Source of the DNA: a virus
Direction: 5' to 3' (one strand)
Virus record (IMG/VR): IMGVR_UViG_3300010391_001464
Coordinates: 1-64,000 of that record
Length of the DNA: 64,000 nt
Part shown: in pieces, positions 21,146 through 31,690 of the stretch
Position numbering within the stretch: position 1 is the stretch's first letter
Layout of the letters: each line of letters begins with the position of its first letter
Translations under genes and position numbers: made by a program
The notes under the pieces: model-generated
Seen by the model: only the letters and a program-made list of their open reading frames with translations
The model's database searches: none
Told to the model about the DNA's origin: nothing

Positions 21146-22180
21146 ATGGAATTTATATTTATATCAGATCTTCATTTATCGGGTTATACTAATGATAAAA
21201 TGATAGCCGAAGAAAACTTGTCTGAAAGATTATTTTATATTAAAAATGCTTTACATAATGTTATTACTTATTGTAAAGAAAATAAAATAAATAATATTAA
21301 AATAGGTGGAGATTCTCTTCATAATAAAAGTATTATTCATACTATAGCATTGTCTGTATTATTAAATTTTATTAGAGAAAATAAAGATATACATTTTGAT
21401 ATTATAGATGGAAATCATGATTTATCAGGTAAGGGAGAAACTGTAGTTTCTGCTTTAATATCATTAGATAATGAACCAAATGTTAAGAGGATTGGTGTTG
21501 AACATATACTTTTTAAAGATGAGAAACATGATATACTTTATGTCCCATACTCATCAAAAATGGTTAATATTATAAAAAATAATTCTGCTAAATATTTAAT
21601 ATCTCATTTTGGTTTAAATGAAGGAATATTAAATTCTGGTCAAAGTATAGTTGGTGAAATTAAATTAAGTGACTTAATAGGAAAATATGAAACAGTGTTA
21701 GTTGGGCATTATCACAATCCCCAGAAAATAATTAGAGAAGATATTAGTTTATATTATTCAGGATCTTTAATACATTTAACATGGAATGATAAAAATGAAG
21801 AAAAAAGATTTTTAGTTATAAATACTGATTCTAAACAAGTCATATCAGTTCCTACTACTGGTTATAGAAAATATTTTGAATTGATAATAACTTCAGAAAA
21901 TAAAGAAGAGATTATTAAGACAGCAAGAGAAATGAAAAAATCAGATCATTTAGTAAATATTAAAAAAGAGGTCGATATAGAAACAAAAGATATAGAGGAT
22001 GAATTTCAAATTATAGATAGAATAGATAAAGATATAACAAATCGAGGACTATCTACATCTATGACAGAAATGGAAATCATCAAAAAATATTTAGAAATTA
22101 AAAATATAAGAAAAGAAGATTTTGAATCATATCAAAAAGTAGCTTTAGAAATAATTTCAGAATCCTCAGAGAAAGTTTAA
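21146..22180 (+). CDS. sbcD: Mre11/SbcD-like metallophosphoesterase nuclease
   Basis: SDLH, GGD, GNHD, SH, GHYH motifs; partner ATPase downstream. Confidence 0.9.
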   Translation: MEFIFISDLHLSGYTNDKMIAEENLSERLFYIKNALHNVITYCKENKINNIKIGGDSLHNKSIIHTIALSVLLNFIRENKDIHFDIIDGNHDLSGKGETVVSALISLDNEPNVKRIGVEHILFKDEKHDILYVPYSSKMVNIIKNNSAKYLISHFGLNEGILNSGQSIVGEIKLSDLIGKYETVLVGHYHNPQKIIREDISLYYSGSLIHLTWNDKNEEKRFLVINTDSKQVISVPTTGYRKYFELIITSENKEEIIKTAREMKKSDHLVNIKKEVDIETKDIEDEFQIIDRIDKDITNRGLSTSMTEMEIIKKYLEIKNIRKEDFESYQKVALEIISESSEKV

Positions 22181-22419
22181 TGGATAAAAAACAAAAAATT
22201 AAGATAATTATAGCTGGTTCATATGGGACTGGTAAAACTACTCTAGCTCAAATTATATTAAATGCTTTAGTTGAAAAAAATATTAAAGTTGATATTGTTG
22301 ATATTGATGAAGTAAAAGAAATGTTAGTATCTAAAACTTTAGAAAAAAGAATTGAGTCATTAAGTAAAACAGATATGATAGTAGAAATTAAAATTCAAAA
22401 CTTGAGTACTCATTTATGA
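22180..22419 (+). CDS. Small P-loop-containing protein
   Basis: 79 aa, IIIAGSYGTGKTT; overlaps both neighbours. Confidence 0.55.
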   Translation: MDKKQKIKIIIAGSYGTGKTTLAQIILNALVEKNIKVDIVDIDEVKEMLVSKTLEKRIESLSKTDMIVEIKIQNLSTHL

Positions 22420-24611
22420 AAGAAGTTATATTAGAAGAAATAGGTTTTGAGAATTTTTGTTGTTATATAGAACCTATGACATTACAACTAGAAAGTCAGG
22501 GATTGACATGTATAACAGGACCTAATGGAATAGGAAAAACTACGATATTAGATGTTATTCCATATGTTTTATATGGAATAACATCAAAAGGTTTAAAAGG
22601 TGATGATGTTGTAAATGACGTAGTAAAAAAGAATTGTAAAGTATGGTTAAAATTTAGAATCAATGATATAAAATATGAAGCAATAAGATATGTAAAACAT
22701 TACAAAAATGGAAATACTGCTTATTTATATCGTGGTAGTGAGTTAATAAAAAAAGGACATACTGAAGTAAAAGCGGAAATTGAAAGATTAACAATATCTC
22801 AAAAATTATTTTTTAATACATTATTATTTGGACAAAAAATAAAAGATTTTTTTACAAATTTAACAGACTCAGAACAGAAAGATATTTTTAGAAATATTAT
22901 AAATCTAAACAAATATGTTATATATCGAGATCAAGCATCTAAAAAACTAGATGATCTAAATAACTCTTTAAATAAAATTTCTAATGAAATAGAAATAAAC
23001 TCTAAAATTCTAACAGATACTGAAACTGAAATAAATAAACTATTAAAAAATAAAGAAACATTCTATATTGAGAAAGATAAAGAATTAAATTCTATCTTAT
23101 CTGATATTGAAGAAATTAAAAATCAAATTGATTTAATTAATAAAGATATAGAATATTATGGAATTATAGATATTAATGGACTTAATACTATAAATAATAT
23201 GATCATTAATTTTTCAGTTAAAATATCTGAGATTCAAACTAATAAAAATAATATAAATAATGACATTATAAATAGAAAGAAAGTAAAGAGAGCAGAATTA
23301 GAGAAACAAGCTTTAGATGAAAAATCTAAAATAGTAAAAGAAGATAATGAAAATATATCAAAAATAAAGGAAGAGATATCTGAATTAAAATTAAGTTATA
23401 CAAATGATATAAATAGTTTTAATAATTTATTGACAGAAATGAACCACGATCTTTCAAAACTAAATGATGAATCAAAAAATTTAGAAAAAGAGTTGAAGGA
23501 AATTTCAAATATTCTTCTTTCAGATAAGTCCAGATGTTCTACTTGCAAACAATTACTTAACACTCCAGAATCTATTGAAATATTCAAACAAAAAGAAATT
23601 TTAAATAGAAATAGATTAGGAGTTTTAGATATAGAGATTAAAAGTTTTACAGAAGAAATAAATAAGAAAACTATATTAAAAAATGAAATTGAATCATCTT
23701 TTAAAAATTCAATATCTATATTAGAAGATATTTATAAAAATGCTCAAGCAGAGACTGAGGTAAAAACTTCTAAGGTTGATAATAAATTAAAAGATGTCTT
23801 AGATAGATTAGAAACAATTGCTAAAAAAGAAGTAGATTCTAAAACTTTAGAGATTGATTCTGAAATTAATAAGTTAAAAAACCAAATACATAAATGTAAT
23901 TCAGATAAGTCAAAGATTGAATCTGATATATTAAGTCTTAAAAATTTAGAAGATATGTTTGTTTCTAAGAAAAATGATTTAGTAGTAAAAAACAATATGT
24001 TGAAAAATATAAAAATTAGATCATTTGATGATTCTATTATAGACAGTTATAAGTTAAAAAATAAGATTCTTAAATCTAAGATAGATTCTGGAAAAAAGAG
24101 AAGTATAGAAATTATAGAAATGACAAAGGTTTATGAGTTTTGGAAAGTTGCTTATTCATCTATAGGAATTCCAAGTATGTTAATAGATGAATCTATTCCT
24201 TTTATGAATAAAAGAGTTTCTTATTATTTAGATAAGTTAACATCTGGTAGATTTACTTTATCATTTGATACGATGAGAGAGAATAAGAGTGGGGAATTTA
24301 AAGATAAAATATCTATACATTTAGTAGATAATCATACACATGCAAATTCTAGAACTAAACTGTCAGGTGGTCAAACTAGACTTATAGATATAGCAACAAT
24401 CTTAACATTATATGATTTACAATGCTATATACAAGATATAAAATTTAATGTAATGATATTTGATGAAATATTTGATAGTCTAGATGAAGATAACATAAGA
24501 TATGTTTCTATTTTACTTAAAAGTTTAATTCTTGACAAATCAATTTTTATAATAAGTCATAGACATATTGACCAATTAGAAGCAGATAATGAATTAAACT
24601 TATGGAACTAG
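22416..24611 (+). CDS. sbcC: Rad50/SbcC-like SMC ATPase
   Basis: GPNGIGKT, long coiled coil, zinc hook CSTC, LSGGQ, FDEIFDSLD, ISH. Confidence 0.93.
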   Translation: MKEVILEEIGFENFCCYIEPMTLQLESQGLTCITGPNGIGKTTILDVIPYVLYGITSKGLKGDDVVNDVVKKNCKVWLKFRINDIKYEAIRYVKHYKNGNTAYLYRGSELIKKGHTEVKAEIERLTISQKLFFNTLLFGQKIKDFFTNLTDSEQKDIFRNIINLNKYVIYRDQASKKLDDLNNSLNKISNEIEINSKILTDTETEINKLLKNKETFYIEKDKELNSILSDIEEIKNQIDLINKDIEYYGIIDINGLNTINNMIINFSVKISEIQTNKNNINNDIINRKKVKRAELEKQALDEKSKIVKEDNENISKIKEEISELKLSYTNDINSFNNLLTEMNHDLSKLNDESKNLEKELKEISNILLSDKSRCSTCKQLLNTPESIEIFKQKEILNRNRLGVLDIEIKSFTEEINKKTILKNEIESSFKNSISILEDIYKNAQAETEVKTSKVDNKLKDVLDRLETIAKKEVDSKTLEIDSEINKLKNQIHKCNSDKSKIESDILSLKNLEDMFVSKKNDLVVKNNMLKNIKIRSFDDSIIDSYKLKNKILKSKIDSGKKRSIEIIEMTKVYEFWKVAYSSIGIPSMLIDESIPFMNKRVSYYLDKLTSGRFTLSFDTMRENKSGEFKDKISIHLVDNHTHANSRTKLSGGQTRLIDIATILTLYDLQCYIQDIKFNVMIFDEIFDSLDEDNIRYVSILLKSLILDKSIFIISHRHIDQLEADNELNLWN

Positions 24612-24799
24612 GAGATTAATGTTAAAAGTTAATATTCAATCAATAGATACTTTATTAAACTATAATATTAATAAAGGAGATGTAATAGAAGTTAAAGGAA
24701 TAGAAGAACCTAAAAATGCATTTCTAGAAATATATCTCTCAGATGAAAATGAAATTACTATTACATTAAACCCATGGAAATTTAAAACGGAGGAAATAA

Positions 24800-25051
24800 T
24801 TGAAGATAAAAGTTGATTTTGTTACAAACAGTTCTTCTACTAGTTTTATAATAGACGTTAATAAAATAACTAAGGAACAATCAGATAAATTATTCGATTG
24901 GGCACAATCAGAAAGAAACAAAGATGGTTGGAATATTCATTATAGTGTAGGGAGATATGAAATTGAAGGTTTTAGTATGATGGATAATGATGATATTTAT
25001 GAAATATTAGAAAAATTAGAAATAACAGACGTTATATGGGAGCATTCTTAA
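24800..25051 (+). CDS. DFVTNSSS-motif protein 1
   Basis: N-terminus MKIKVDFVTNSSSTSFII. Confidence 0.7.
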   Translation: MKIKVDFVTNSSSTSFIIDVNKITKEQSDKLFDWAQSERNKDGWNIHYSVGRYEIEGFSMMDNDDIYEILEKLEITDVIWEHS

Positions 25052-25474
25052 ATGAAAAATGCAAGTATTATATCATTAAGTAAATGTAAAGTAAATAAAG
25101 AATCATGCTCGATATTAAGAAGTAAAGATAAAAATCACCAATGTTATAAATTAAGAAAAGAAATTTTAGAGGGTACTGAGTCTTGGGAGCATTGTCGAGG
25201 TATTAGAACTCCACTAAATAAAACAAGAGTTGATATTTTAAAGAAAATAGAATCAGGTGCAACCTTATATTGGTGTGCTGGAGCATTTCTTAAATATATG
25301 ACTGAATGTAAAAGTTGTGGAGGAATAAAAGAAATTGAAAAAATAATCTCAATGAATGATTTCTGGCTTCTTAAACGTGGTGAGTATATAGAAGAAGGAA
25401 GATCTGGAGAAGGGTCTATTGAATACAACATTACTAAAAAAGGAATTGTATATGCTTTTATAAATGGAGAATAA
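25052..25474 (+). CDS. Hypothetical Cys-containing protein
   Basis: 140-aa ORF abutting both neighbours; CKSC. Confidence 0.55.
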   Translation: MKNASIISLSKCKVNKESCSILRSKDKNHQCYKLRKEILEGTESWEHCRGIRTPLNKTRVDILKKIESGATLYWCAGAFLKYMTECKSCGGIKEIEKIISMNDFWLLKRGEYIEEGRSGEGSIEYNITKKGIVYAFINGE

Positions 25475-25874
25475 TATGAAATTAAAAACAGACTTTGTAA
25501 CAAATTCTAGTTCAGTTTCTTATATGATTTCAATCTATAAAGTAACTGATCATATTAAACTAGAAGAGTATCTAGTCAATAATTTCGGAAAATTAGGACA
25601 GCAGATTATTAATCAAAAAATATCAGATAATCTAGAAGATGTGATAGAGAAATTATGTTTAAATGATTATGATGAAAATGAAAAAATGCCTTATGATGGA
25701 GATAAATTAATAAAAGAAGTAAAAAATGAAATATTAAATTCTGAAAAAGTTTTATATTCTAGGAGTAGATCTAATATAATAGAACCAATAGATTCTGTTA
25801 TATTTTATTTAAAATCTAAAGAAGCAGGAGTTGAGCCTATATTTAGTAACAGTTATTCTGGATATGATGGATAA
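25464..25874 (+). CDS. DFVTNSSS-motif protein 2 (likely start at MKLKTDF)
   Basis: MKLKTDFVTNSSSVSYMI. Confidence 0.7.
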   Translation: MENNMKLKTDFVTNSSSVSYMISIYKVTDHIKLEEYLVNNFGKLGQQIINQKISDNLEDVIEKLCLNDYDENEKMPYDGDKLIKEVKNEILNSEKVLYSRSRSNIIEPIDSVIFYLKSKEAGVEPIFSNSYSGYDG

Positions 25875-25877
25875 CAA

Positions 25878-26465
25878 ATGAAAATAAAAACAGATTTTAT
25901 TACTAATTCTTCAAGTACTTCATTTGTTTTACATTCATGTTTGGCAACCGAGATTTATGGAAATTTTGATATTAAAAATTTAGAAAAAGATCTAAATAAA
26001 GAATATAGAAAAGTAATAGAAGAACTTGGAGGTTATGAAAAGGTTTTACATATTGAAGAAGATAGTGTGAAACTAGGGGAAGATGATGAAATATCTAATG
26101 TTCAGTCAATTATATCATTAATTGAAACAAGCTCAGGTAATGCTGGAAAAGAAATCCAAATAATGATGGACTCAGATTTAAATTATATTTGGGATTCTGA
26201 TCAACAAAAACCACATTTGTACCTAGCTACATTATTAAAAGAAATTTTAAACTCAATAAAATTTGATAAAGAAGTTAGAACTGTATATCATCAATTCATT
26301 AAAGAGTTTACTGGATCTGGTTGGCATGGAGGAGACCCACAAGGTAAATATATTTTACCTAGTGGTGCTGTCCTAAAAGAGACAATTGTAGGAACTATGG
26401 ATATTTCTAAAGATATTGATATTAGAGATACTTTATTGATTACTGAATGGACTAAAGGAAGATAA
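25878..26465 (+). CDS. DFVTNSSS-motif protein 3
   Basis: MKIKTDFITNSSSTSFVL. Confidence 0.7.
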   Translation: MKIKTDFITNSSSTSFVLHSCLATEIYGNFDIKNLEKDLNKEYRKVIEELGGYEKVLHIEEDSVKLGEDDEISNVQSIISLIETSSGNAGKEIQIMMDSDLNYIWDSDQQKPHLYLATLLKEILNSIKFDKEVRTVYHQFIKEFTGSGWHGGDPQGKYILPSGAVLKETIVGTMDISKDIDIRDTLLITEWTKGR

Positions 26466-26500
26466 AGATATAAAAACCATTAGTATGGAAAGGGGTATTT

Positions 26501-26839
26501 ATGAAAATTAAAAGCGATTTTGTGACTAATAGTTCTAGTTCTTCATATATAGTATATATTCCTAAAAATGTAACATTTGATAAGTTAAAGATACAAGATA
26601 ATATTGAAGGATCAAACTTGGCAAGTTTAGAAAAAGTTTATAACGAATTACTAAAATCTAAAAAGTTTAATGAATATGACAGTTCCGAAATATTTAGTAC
26701 TCTTAGAACATTCTTATATAATAATAAGTTAATTGTGAGTTCAATAGATACGGGACCTGATTTTGGTTCTATTATATTGGTAGATTTAGAATCGATAAAT
26801 AAAATAAATGAGAGGTTTTCTGATGATACGAATAGCTAA
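26501..26839 (+). CDS. DFVTNSSS-motif protein 4
   Basis: MKIKSDFVTNSSSSSYIV. Confidence 0.7.
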   Translation: MKIKSDFVTNSSSSSYIVYIPKNVTFDKLKIQDNIEGSNLASLEKVYNELLKSKKFNEYDSSEIFSTLRTFLYNNKLIVSSIDTGPDFGSIILVDLESINKINERFSDDTNS

Positions 26840-27844
26840 CTGGTTATTGACAAGAAGATGTAATCTTAAATGTTCTTATTGTGCTATTGCAATGGATTAT
26901 CCTAAAATGCCATTAGAATATCCTGAAATGGCTCATTATTCAAAATATGAAATGAGAACTGAAATAGTATTAGATTATTTAGAAAGACTTAAAGCTCATA
27001 ATCCAAATATGTTTCATATTTTCTATGGTGGTGAACCGCTCTTAAGAAAGATCTTCCTGAAATAATTAAGTTTTGTAATGATAAAGATATTCAATATACT
27101 ATTATTACAAATAACTCAAATGCTATTCAACCCGCTTTAAATGAATTAGTACAAAAAGTTGGAACTTTAAAAGGACTAACTTCTTCAGTTGATCCTATAA
27201 TTATGAGGTCTGACTATTCCGATTTAGATAGATTAAAGAAAAGTAAGGCTGGATTTGAAAGATTAACTGAATGGAAGAAAAAAATAAATGACGTAGTTGC
27301 AGAAGTAACAGTGGATGAAGAAATGCTAGATGATTTAATACCATTAGTATCAATGTTAACCGAAAATGGTATTAGTAGTTCTATAACATTTGTGGATATT
27401 TCAAAAAGTAAATATTATGATTTTTCAAATATAACAGATGAAAAAGTACTAGTCAATAAGAGTGAAAAAGTAAGGAATATTCTTAAAGAATTGGAAAATG
27501 ATAAATATGACGTTCATATGGCTAAAGAGCTATTGCCTAGGATTTATGATATATTACCATCAAATCTAGATTGTGGACTTGATAAGAATGTGCATAATTT
27601 AACCATAGATGCTGATGGGTCTGTCAGATTATGCCTTAGAGTTAGAGGATGTAAAACATCTGACCATTATCTAGATGAATATATTAACTATGATGGAAAT
27701 ATAAATGATAATCTATTATATAATATTAGAGAAGATAAAAAAGAGTTTTGTCTTAGATGTAATTGGACATGTGGAATCATGACATCTTTAATTGAAGAAG
27801 GAAGTTCAAATTATAATAAGTTAGTACATTCTGATAGGAGATAA
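26823..27844 (+). CDS. Radical SAM protein with C-terminal SPASM/twitch-like Cys domain (frameshift at ~27047)
   Basis: CNLKCSYC, YGGEPLLR. Adding one A at 27047-27049 gives RKDLPEIIKFC...IITN... in frame with 27203-27844 (IDADGSVRLC, CLRCNWTC). Confidence 0.8.
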
Positions 27845-27849
27845 TTATT

Positions 27850-28179
27850 ATGGCTAATGTAATTAAAACTGCAGTTGAATTTTTGCAAAGAGTTAAAGAA
27901 GGAGATTTTGTTTTAATTAAGTTTGTTAAAAAAGATGGTACTGATAGAATTATGAAGGCCACTTTAAATTTTTTAAAAATACCAAATGATAAAAAACCTA
28001 AGGGAGTAGATTTAGTAAAAATTTTAAAACTACTTCAAAATAGCAAAATGCTTAGAGTTTTTGATATAGAAAAAATGGACTGGAGAACTGTACCATTTGA
28101 ATCAGTTGAATGGTTAAAAACCTTGGATAAACAAAGAAAAATAACAACATATACTATCGAAAAAAGAATAAAGGAATAA
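27850..28179 (+). CDS. WYL_2/SH3-fold phage protein
   Basis: FVKKDGTDRIMKATL...VFDIEKMDWRTV pattern. Confidence 0.7.
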   Translation: MANVIKTAVEFLQRVKEGDFVLIKFVKKDGTDRIMKATLNFLKIPNDKKPKGVDLVKILKLLQNSKMLRVFDIEKMDWRTVPFESVEWLKTLDKQRKITTYTIEKRIKE

Positions 28180-28515
28180 TTGAAATTTATGAGAATAAAA
28201 AAGAATCTATCTCTCGCTATATTAGAAGTAGATACTAAAACAGGAAAACTTTGGTTAAATTCACCAGGATGTGTACTAAGAATTAGTGGAATAGAATTTA
28301 TTAACAAATCTATAACAGATAAATTTTCTTTTATTGATATTATTGATAATAAAGCAGTATTAATAAAAGGAGAAGCATCATCTTATTTTGATGAAAACTT
28401 AAATGATTTTCTAATACAGTTAATTCAACTAATGCATTTAAATCTACAAGAAAAAACTAATATAATACAAAAACAATATTATAAAAAATTAATGAAAGTA
28501 ATTAAAGAGTTTTAA
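28180..28515 (+). CDS. Hypothetical protein
   Basis: 111 aa, TTG start directly after the previous TAA. Confidence 0.55.
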   Translation: MKFMRIKKNLSLAILEVDTKTGKLWLNSPGCVLRISGIEFINKSITDKFSFIDIIDNKAVLIKGEASSYFDENLNDFLIQLIQLMHLNLQEKTNIIQKQYYKKLMKVIKEF

Positions 28516-28587
28516 GGAGTAAGATTAATAAAATATTATTTGTTTAAAATGTAGTAGAAGTGGTATTAGAATAACTTAAACCTCTTA

Positions 28588-28962
28588 TTGGAGAAAGTAG
28601 TGACAATTCTAGATGAAATTTTAAAAGAAATAAAAGAACCTGATATTGATAATAAAATTAGACAAATATGTGATAGAATAGCAGAAGAAGAAAAAGTAAA
28701 ACATAGCCTCCCACCTGAAGCACCAAAAGGCCCAAATATTTTTCTAGTTCTAGAAACTTTCCCAATTAGTAACTATGATAAAAATTATACATTTTTGACA
28801 TTAGAACGAGAGTCGTACGGAAAATATATAATTGGAGTTTGGAAAGAAATTGAAATTGGAAAAGTTAGAAGAGTTAGAGTAATAGATATTAATGAAGACG
28901 ACCCGAAAAGAATTATAAGAAAATATGCAGAGAAATACAAAGTTATGACTATTAAAAAATAA
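28588..28962 (+). CDS. Hypothetical protein
   Basis: 124-aa ORF directly upstream of the E2 gene. Confidence 0.55.
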   Translation: MEKVVTILDEILKEIKEPDIDNKIRQICDRIAEEEKVKHSLPPEAPKGPNIFLVLETFPISNYDKNYTFLTLERESYGKYIIGVWKEIEIGKVRRVRVIDINEDDPKRIIRKYAEKYKVMTIKK

Positions 28963-29046
28963 CTGAAAGGGTAAAAATATGTCCATTCCGAAACCTATAG
29001 AAAATAATACAAAAGAAGTAGAAATTAAAATTAAAAGAATAAAGAT

Positions 29047-31680
29047 ATGATGAATTCAAATTCTATATTAATATCTCCCAATCAAGTAAGTATAGTATCA
29101 ACTGATTTATTTTATACACATGTTGGAGAATCTAGTGTTGTTGATCCAGTGGCTAGAACAGTAAAAAAAGTGATAAATAGTGAAGATTTTATACGTAAAG
29201 TTTCTTCTAGAATGTATCCAGACACATCTAGTAAACTTCTTCCGCCTAATTGTAGATATCATAAATCTCTACCAAATAATCGAAGTATAGTTGTTATAGA
29301 AGAACAACCTCAAATGAGAACTATTTTAACTAGTAATCAAGTTAGTAGAGATATTGAAGCTTTAAAGAAAACTGGAGCATGGGAACAATATGGATATAAG
29401 GGTCTTGAAAATACAAAATATGGTTTAGGGGATGGTTCATCATTTAAATTTACTTTATCTTTTCCATATATAGTATATATTATGTCATTTAATGGAAATG
29501 ATTTATGCAATATGACTATATATTTCAGACTGTCTCCTATAACTACATTGAATGATTATTTATTATTAGCCCCTTTACATAATATACCACAAGATCAAAG
29601 AATATGTTTAGGTTCATGGAGGGACTCCAAAACTATATCTGGTTCAGTATCCGAAGAAGTAGAAAAGGTAATAACTACTTTTTGGTCTGGAGTATTTAAT
29701 ATGGATTATACAAATAATTGTCTAAAATACTCAGACGTGTATGAATTAAGCAACTATTTTGTATGGCAATATTTCTCAAAAACTAATCCAATGTTTATTT
29801 TTAAAGTTAAATGGCATCAATGGAATAGTAATTTAATTACTGAAGTAAAACGTCTTCAGAGTATTCTTGGAGTTGGTACTAATACTGTGCCGTTTAGTTT
29901 TCCAGCTCTATGTGATGTATTATTATCTCCTACATTAGTTGCTGAAGAGGAAAAATCTCCTGATGTAAAGTTTCCTCTTTTTGAAAATTTTGTGGAGTCA
30001 ATACATCTAGGAAACGGAAGTCTCTCAATTGGAGATGACATTGTTTATCTAGGAAAAAAATATTATATAACAGACTTTTTGGGAAATGTTAATTACAGTA
30101 ATAGTCCCAGTTATATAGTTTTTACAGATGAAGAAGGTAAAAAGGATTCACTTAAATTAGACAGTAATACTAAAACAGAATTAAATAGTGTATTTGCTAC
30201 AACAAAAGAATCAAAAACTATTAAATTACCTGCTTGTGGAGTTACTATAAATATTGGAGATATAGTAGAATTTACTGTAGATGAAACATTTAAAGGATAT
30301 AGAAAAGTTGAAAATATCAGACTAGGTCTTGATAAGAGAAACCATATTAGACTAGGGAATGACTATTATTTTGCAGATTCTTTAAAAGTAAAAATTCTTG
30401 ACTTAAGTAAAGGTATTGAACTACCTAACGGAACTACTATTATAATCGGCAATACATATTCATTTTTAGTAGATATAGGAACTTCATTACCAATTAAAAG
30501 AATTTTTGATGTAAAAGTTGAAGAATATATAGTACAAAGTGATAAATTAGCCATTAAAATAAGATACTTAGAAGGTGGAAGACTTGAAATTCATGATATC
30601 CATAATCTTTCCAATTTAGGAAATATTATTGATTTTTCTAAATTAGAAATAGTAGAATATAAAGAGAAAGTATTAAGACTTGGATTTAATTTACTAGACT
30701 TTAAAAAATCAATATTTGAAAAAGCATATATAGATACTAACAATTTAGATTTATATGTTAAATATACTCGAGCAGCATCAGAAAATTATGGAACTTATCC
30801 GATACAACAATATTTAAGTCAAAACTTCCCTCCATCTATAAATGATATATTAATCGAAAATAGACAAAGATTATTTATTCCTAGTTTTGAATTTAATATA
30901 GATTTTAAAATTGGAGATAATGTAGTAGTTGCTGATTGGTCTAATCCTCAAGAAATATTAAAAGTAAGAACTATTCAAGGATTTACTTTCGATGAGTCAA
31001 CATATCTTTTAAATATAATTGTTAATGATCCAATAACTAATACTTCAAAGGTAGTTCCTTATGTAAATCTAGATCTAAGATTAGTAAAAGTTGGAAGTGT
31101 TAGAAAAGTATCTATAAAGCAAAGTTCTTATGAGATAGGAGATCAAATAAGAGCAATGTCAAGAGGAATTGCAGATTTTCCAATGAAAGATACTGTTTCT
31201 ATTGTAGCATTTTTAATTGATACTGGAATTGAACCAATGGTGTTATGTTCAAATTTAGCAACTATATGGTTCAGTGATTTGAGGAAACATTTTGCTAAAG
31301 TTCCTGGTAAGAATATAACAATAGATCCATCTACATTTAAGAAGTTTACAACAAGTCCAGGAAATATGGTAATACTTGGAAGAGATAGTTCTTGTCCATG
31401 TTTTATATTAGAATATACAAAATCTCCACAAGATGTAGAAATTATGGAACAAGAGAAATTATTTAGACCAAGACTTATTGATCCACAAAAAGGAGGTTCT
31501 GTTTGTAGTGCTGAAGGATCATTAACCTATCATTTACCATATGGAATTCCAATTCCAAGACTAAGCCAAGCAGAATATATGAGTAAAAAATTACAAAAAT
31601 GTTATATGAATGCACATGGTAGTTATATAAAGAATAAAAATTCACAATATGGAATAAGAGCTACTAAGTTTATGAATTAA
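29047..31680 (+). CDS. Prokaryotic E2-like (family D / PRTRC-B-type) domain with long beta-rich C-terminal extension
   Basis: FPYIVY...YFRLSPITTLNDYLLLAPLHNIPQDQRICLG...FWSGVFN fits the AP.xN...(V/I)C.G pattern; JAB, E1 and Ubl genes follow. True start may be ATG 28979 via a missing A at ~29033. Confidence 0.65.
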   Translation: MMNSNSILISPNQVSIVSTDLFYTHVGESSVVDPVARTVKKVINSEDFIRKVSSRMYPDTSSKLLPPNCRYHKSLPNNRSIVVIEEQPQMRTILTSNQVSRDIEALKKTGAWEQYGYKGLENTKYGLGDGSSFKFTLSFPYIVYIMSFNGNDLCNMTIYFRLSPITTLNDYLLLAPLHNIPQDQRICLGSWRDSKTISGSVSEEVEKVITTFWSGVFNMDYTNNCLKYSDVYELSNYFVWQYFSKTNPMFIFKVKWHQWNSNLITEVKRLQSILGVGTNTVPFSFPALCDVLLSPTLVAEEEKSPDVKFPLFENFVESIHLGNGSLSIGDDIVYLGKKYYITDFLGNVNYSNSPSYIVFTDEEGKKDSLKLDSNTKTELNSVFATTKESKTIKLPACGVTINIGDIVEFTVDETFKGYRKVENIRLGLDKRNHIRLGNDYYFADSLKVKILDLSKGIELPNGTTIIIGNTYSFLVDIGTSLPIKRIFDVKVEEYIVQSDKLAIKIRYLEGGRLEIHDIHNLSNLGNIIDFSKLEIVEYKEKVLRLGFNLLDFKKSIFEKAYIDTNNLDLYVKYTRAASENYGTYPIQQYLSQNFPPSINDILIENRQRLFIPSFEFNIDFKIGDNVVVADWSNPQEILKVRTIQGFTFDESTYLLNIIVNDPITNTSKVVPYVNLDLRLVKVGSVRKVSIKQSSYEIGDQIRAMSRGIADFPMKDTVSIVAFLIDTGIEPMVLCSNLATIWFSDLRKHFAKVPGKNITIDPSTFKKFTTSPGNMVILGRDSSCPCFILEYTKSPQDVEIMEQEKLFRPRLIDPQKGGSVCSAEGSLTYHLPYGIPIPRLSQAEYMSKKLQKCYMNAHGSYIKNKNSQYGIRATKFMN

Positions 31681-31690
31681 TGGAGGATTA

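Noticed and set aside
26823-27844. QueE assignment for the radical SAM gene
   Set aside because: About 340 aa with a C-terminal Cys-rich domain and no clear QueE N-terminal signature.
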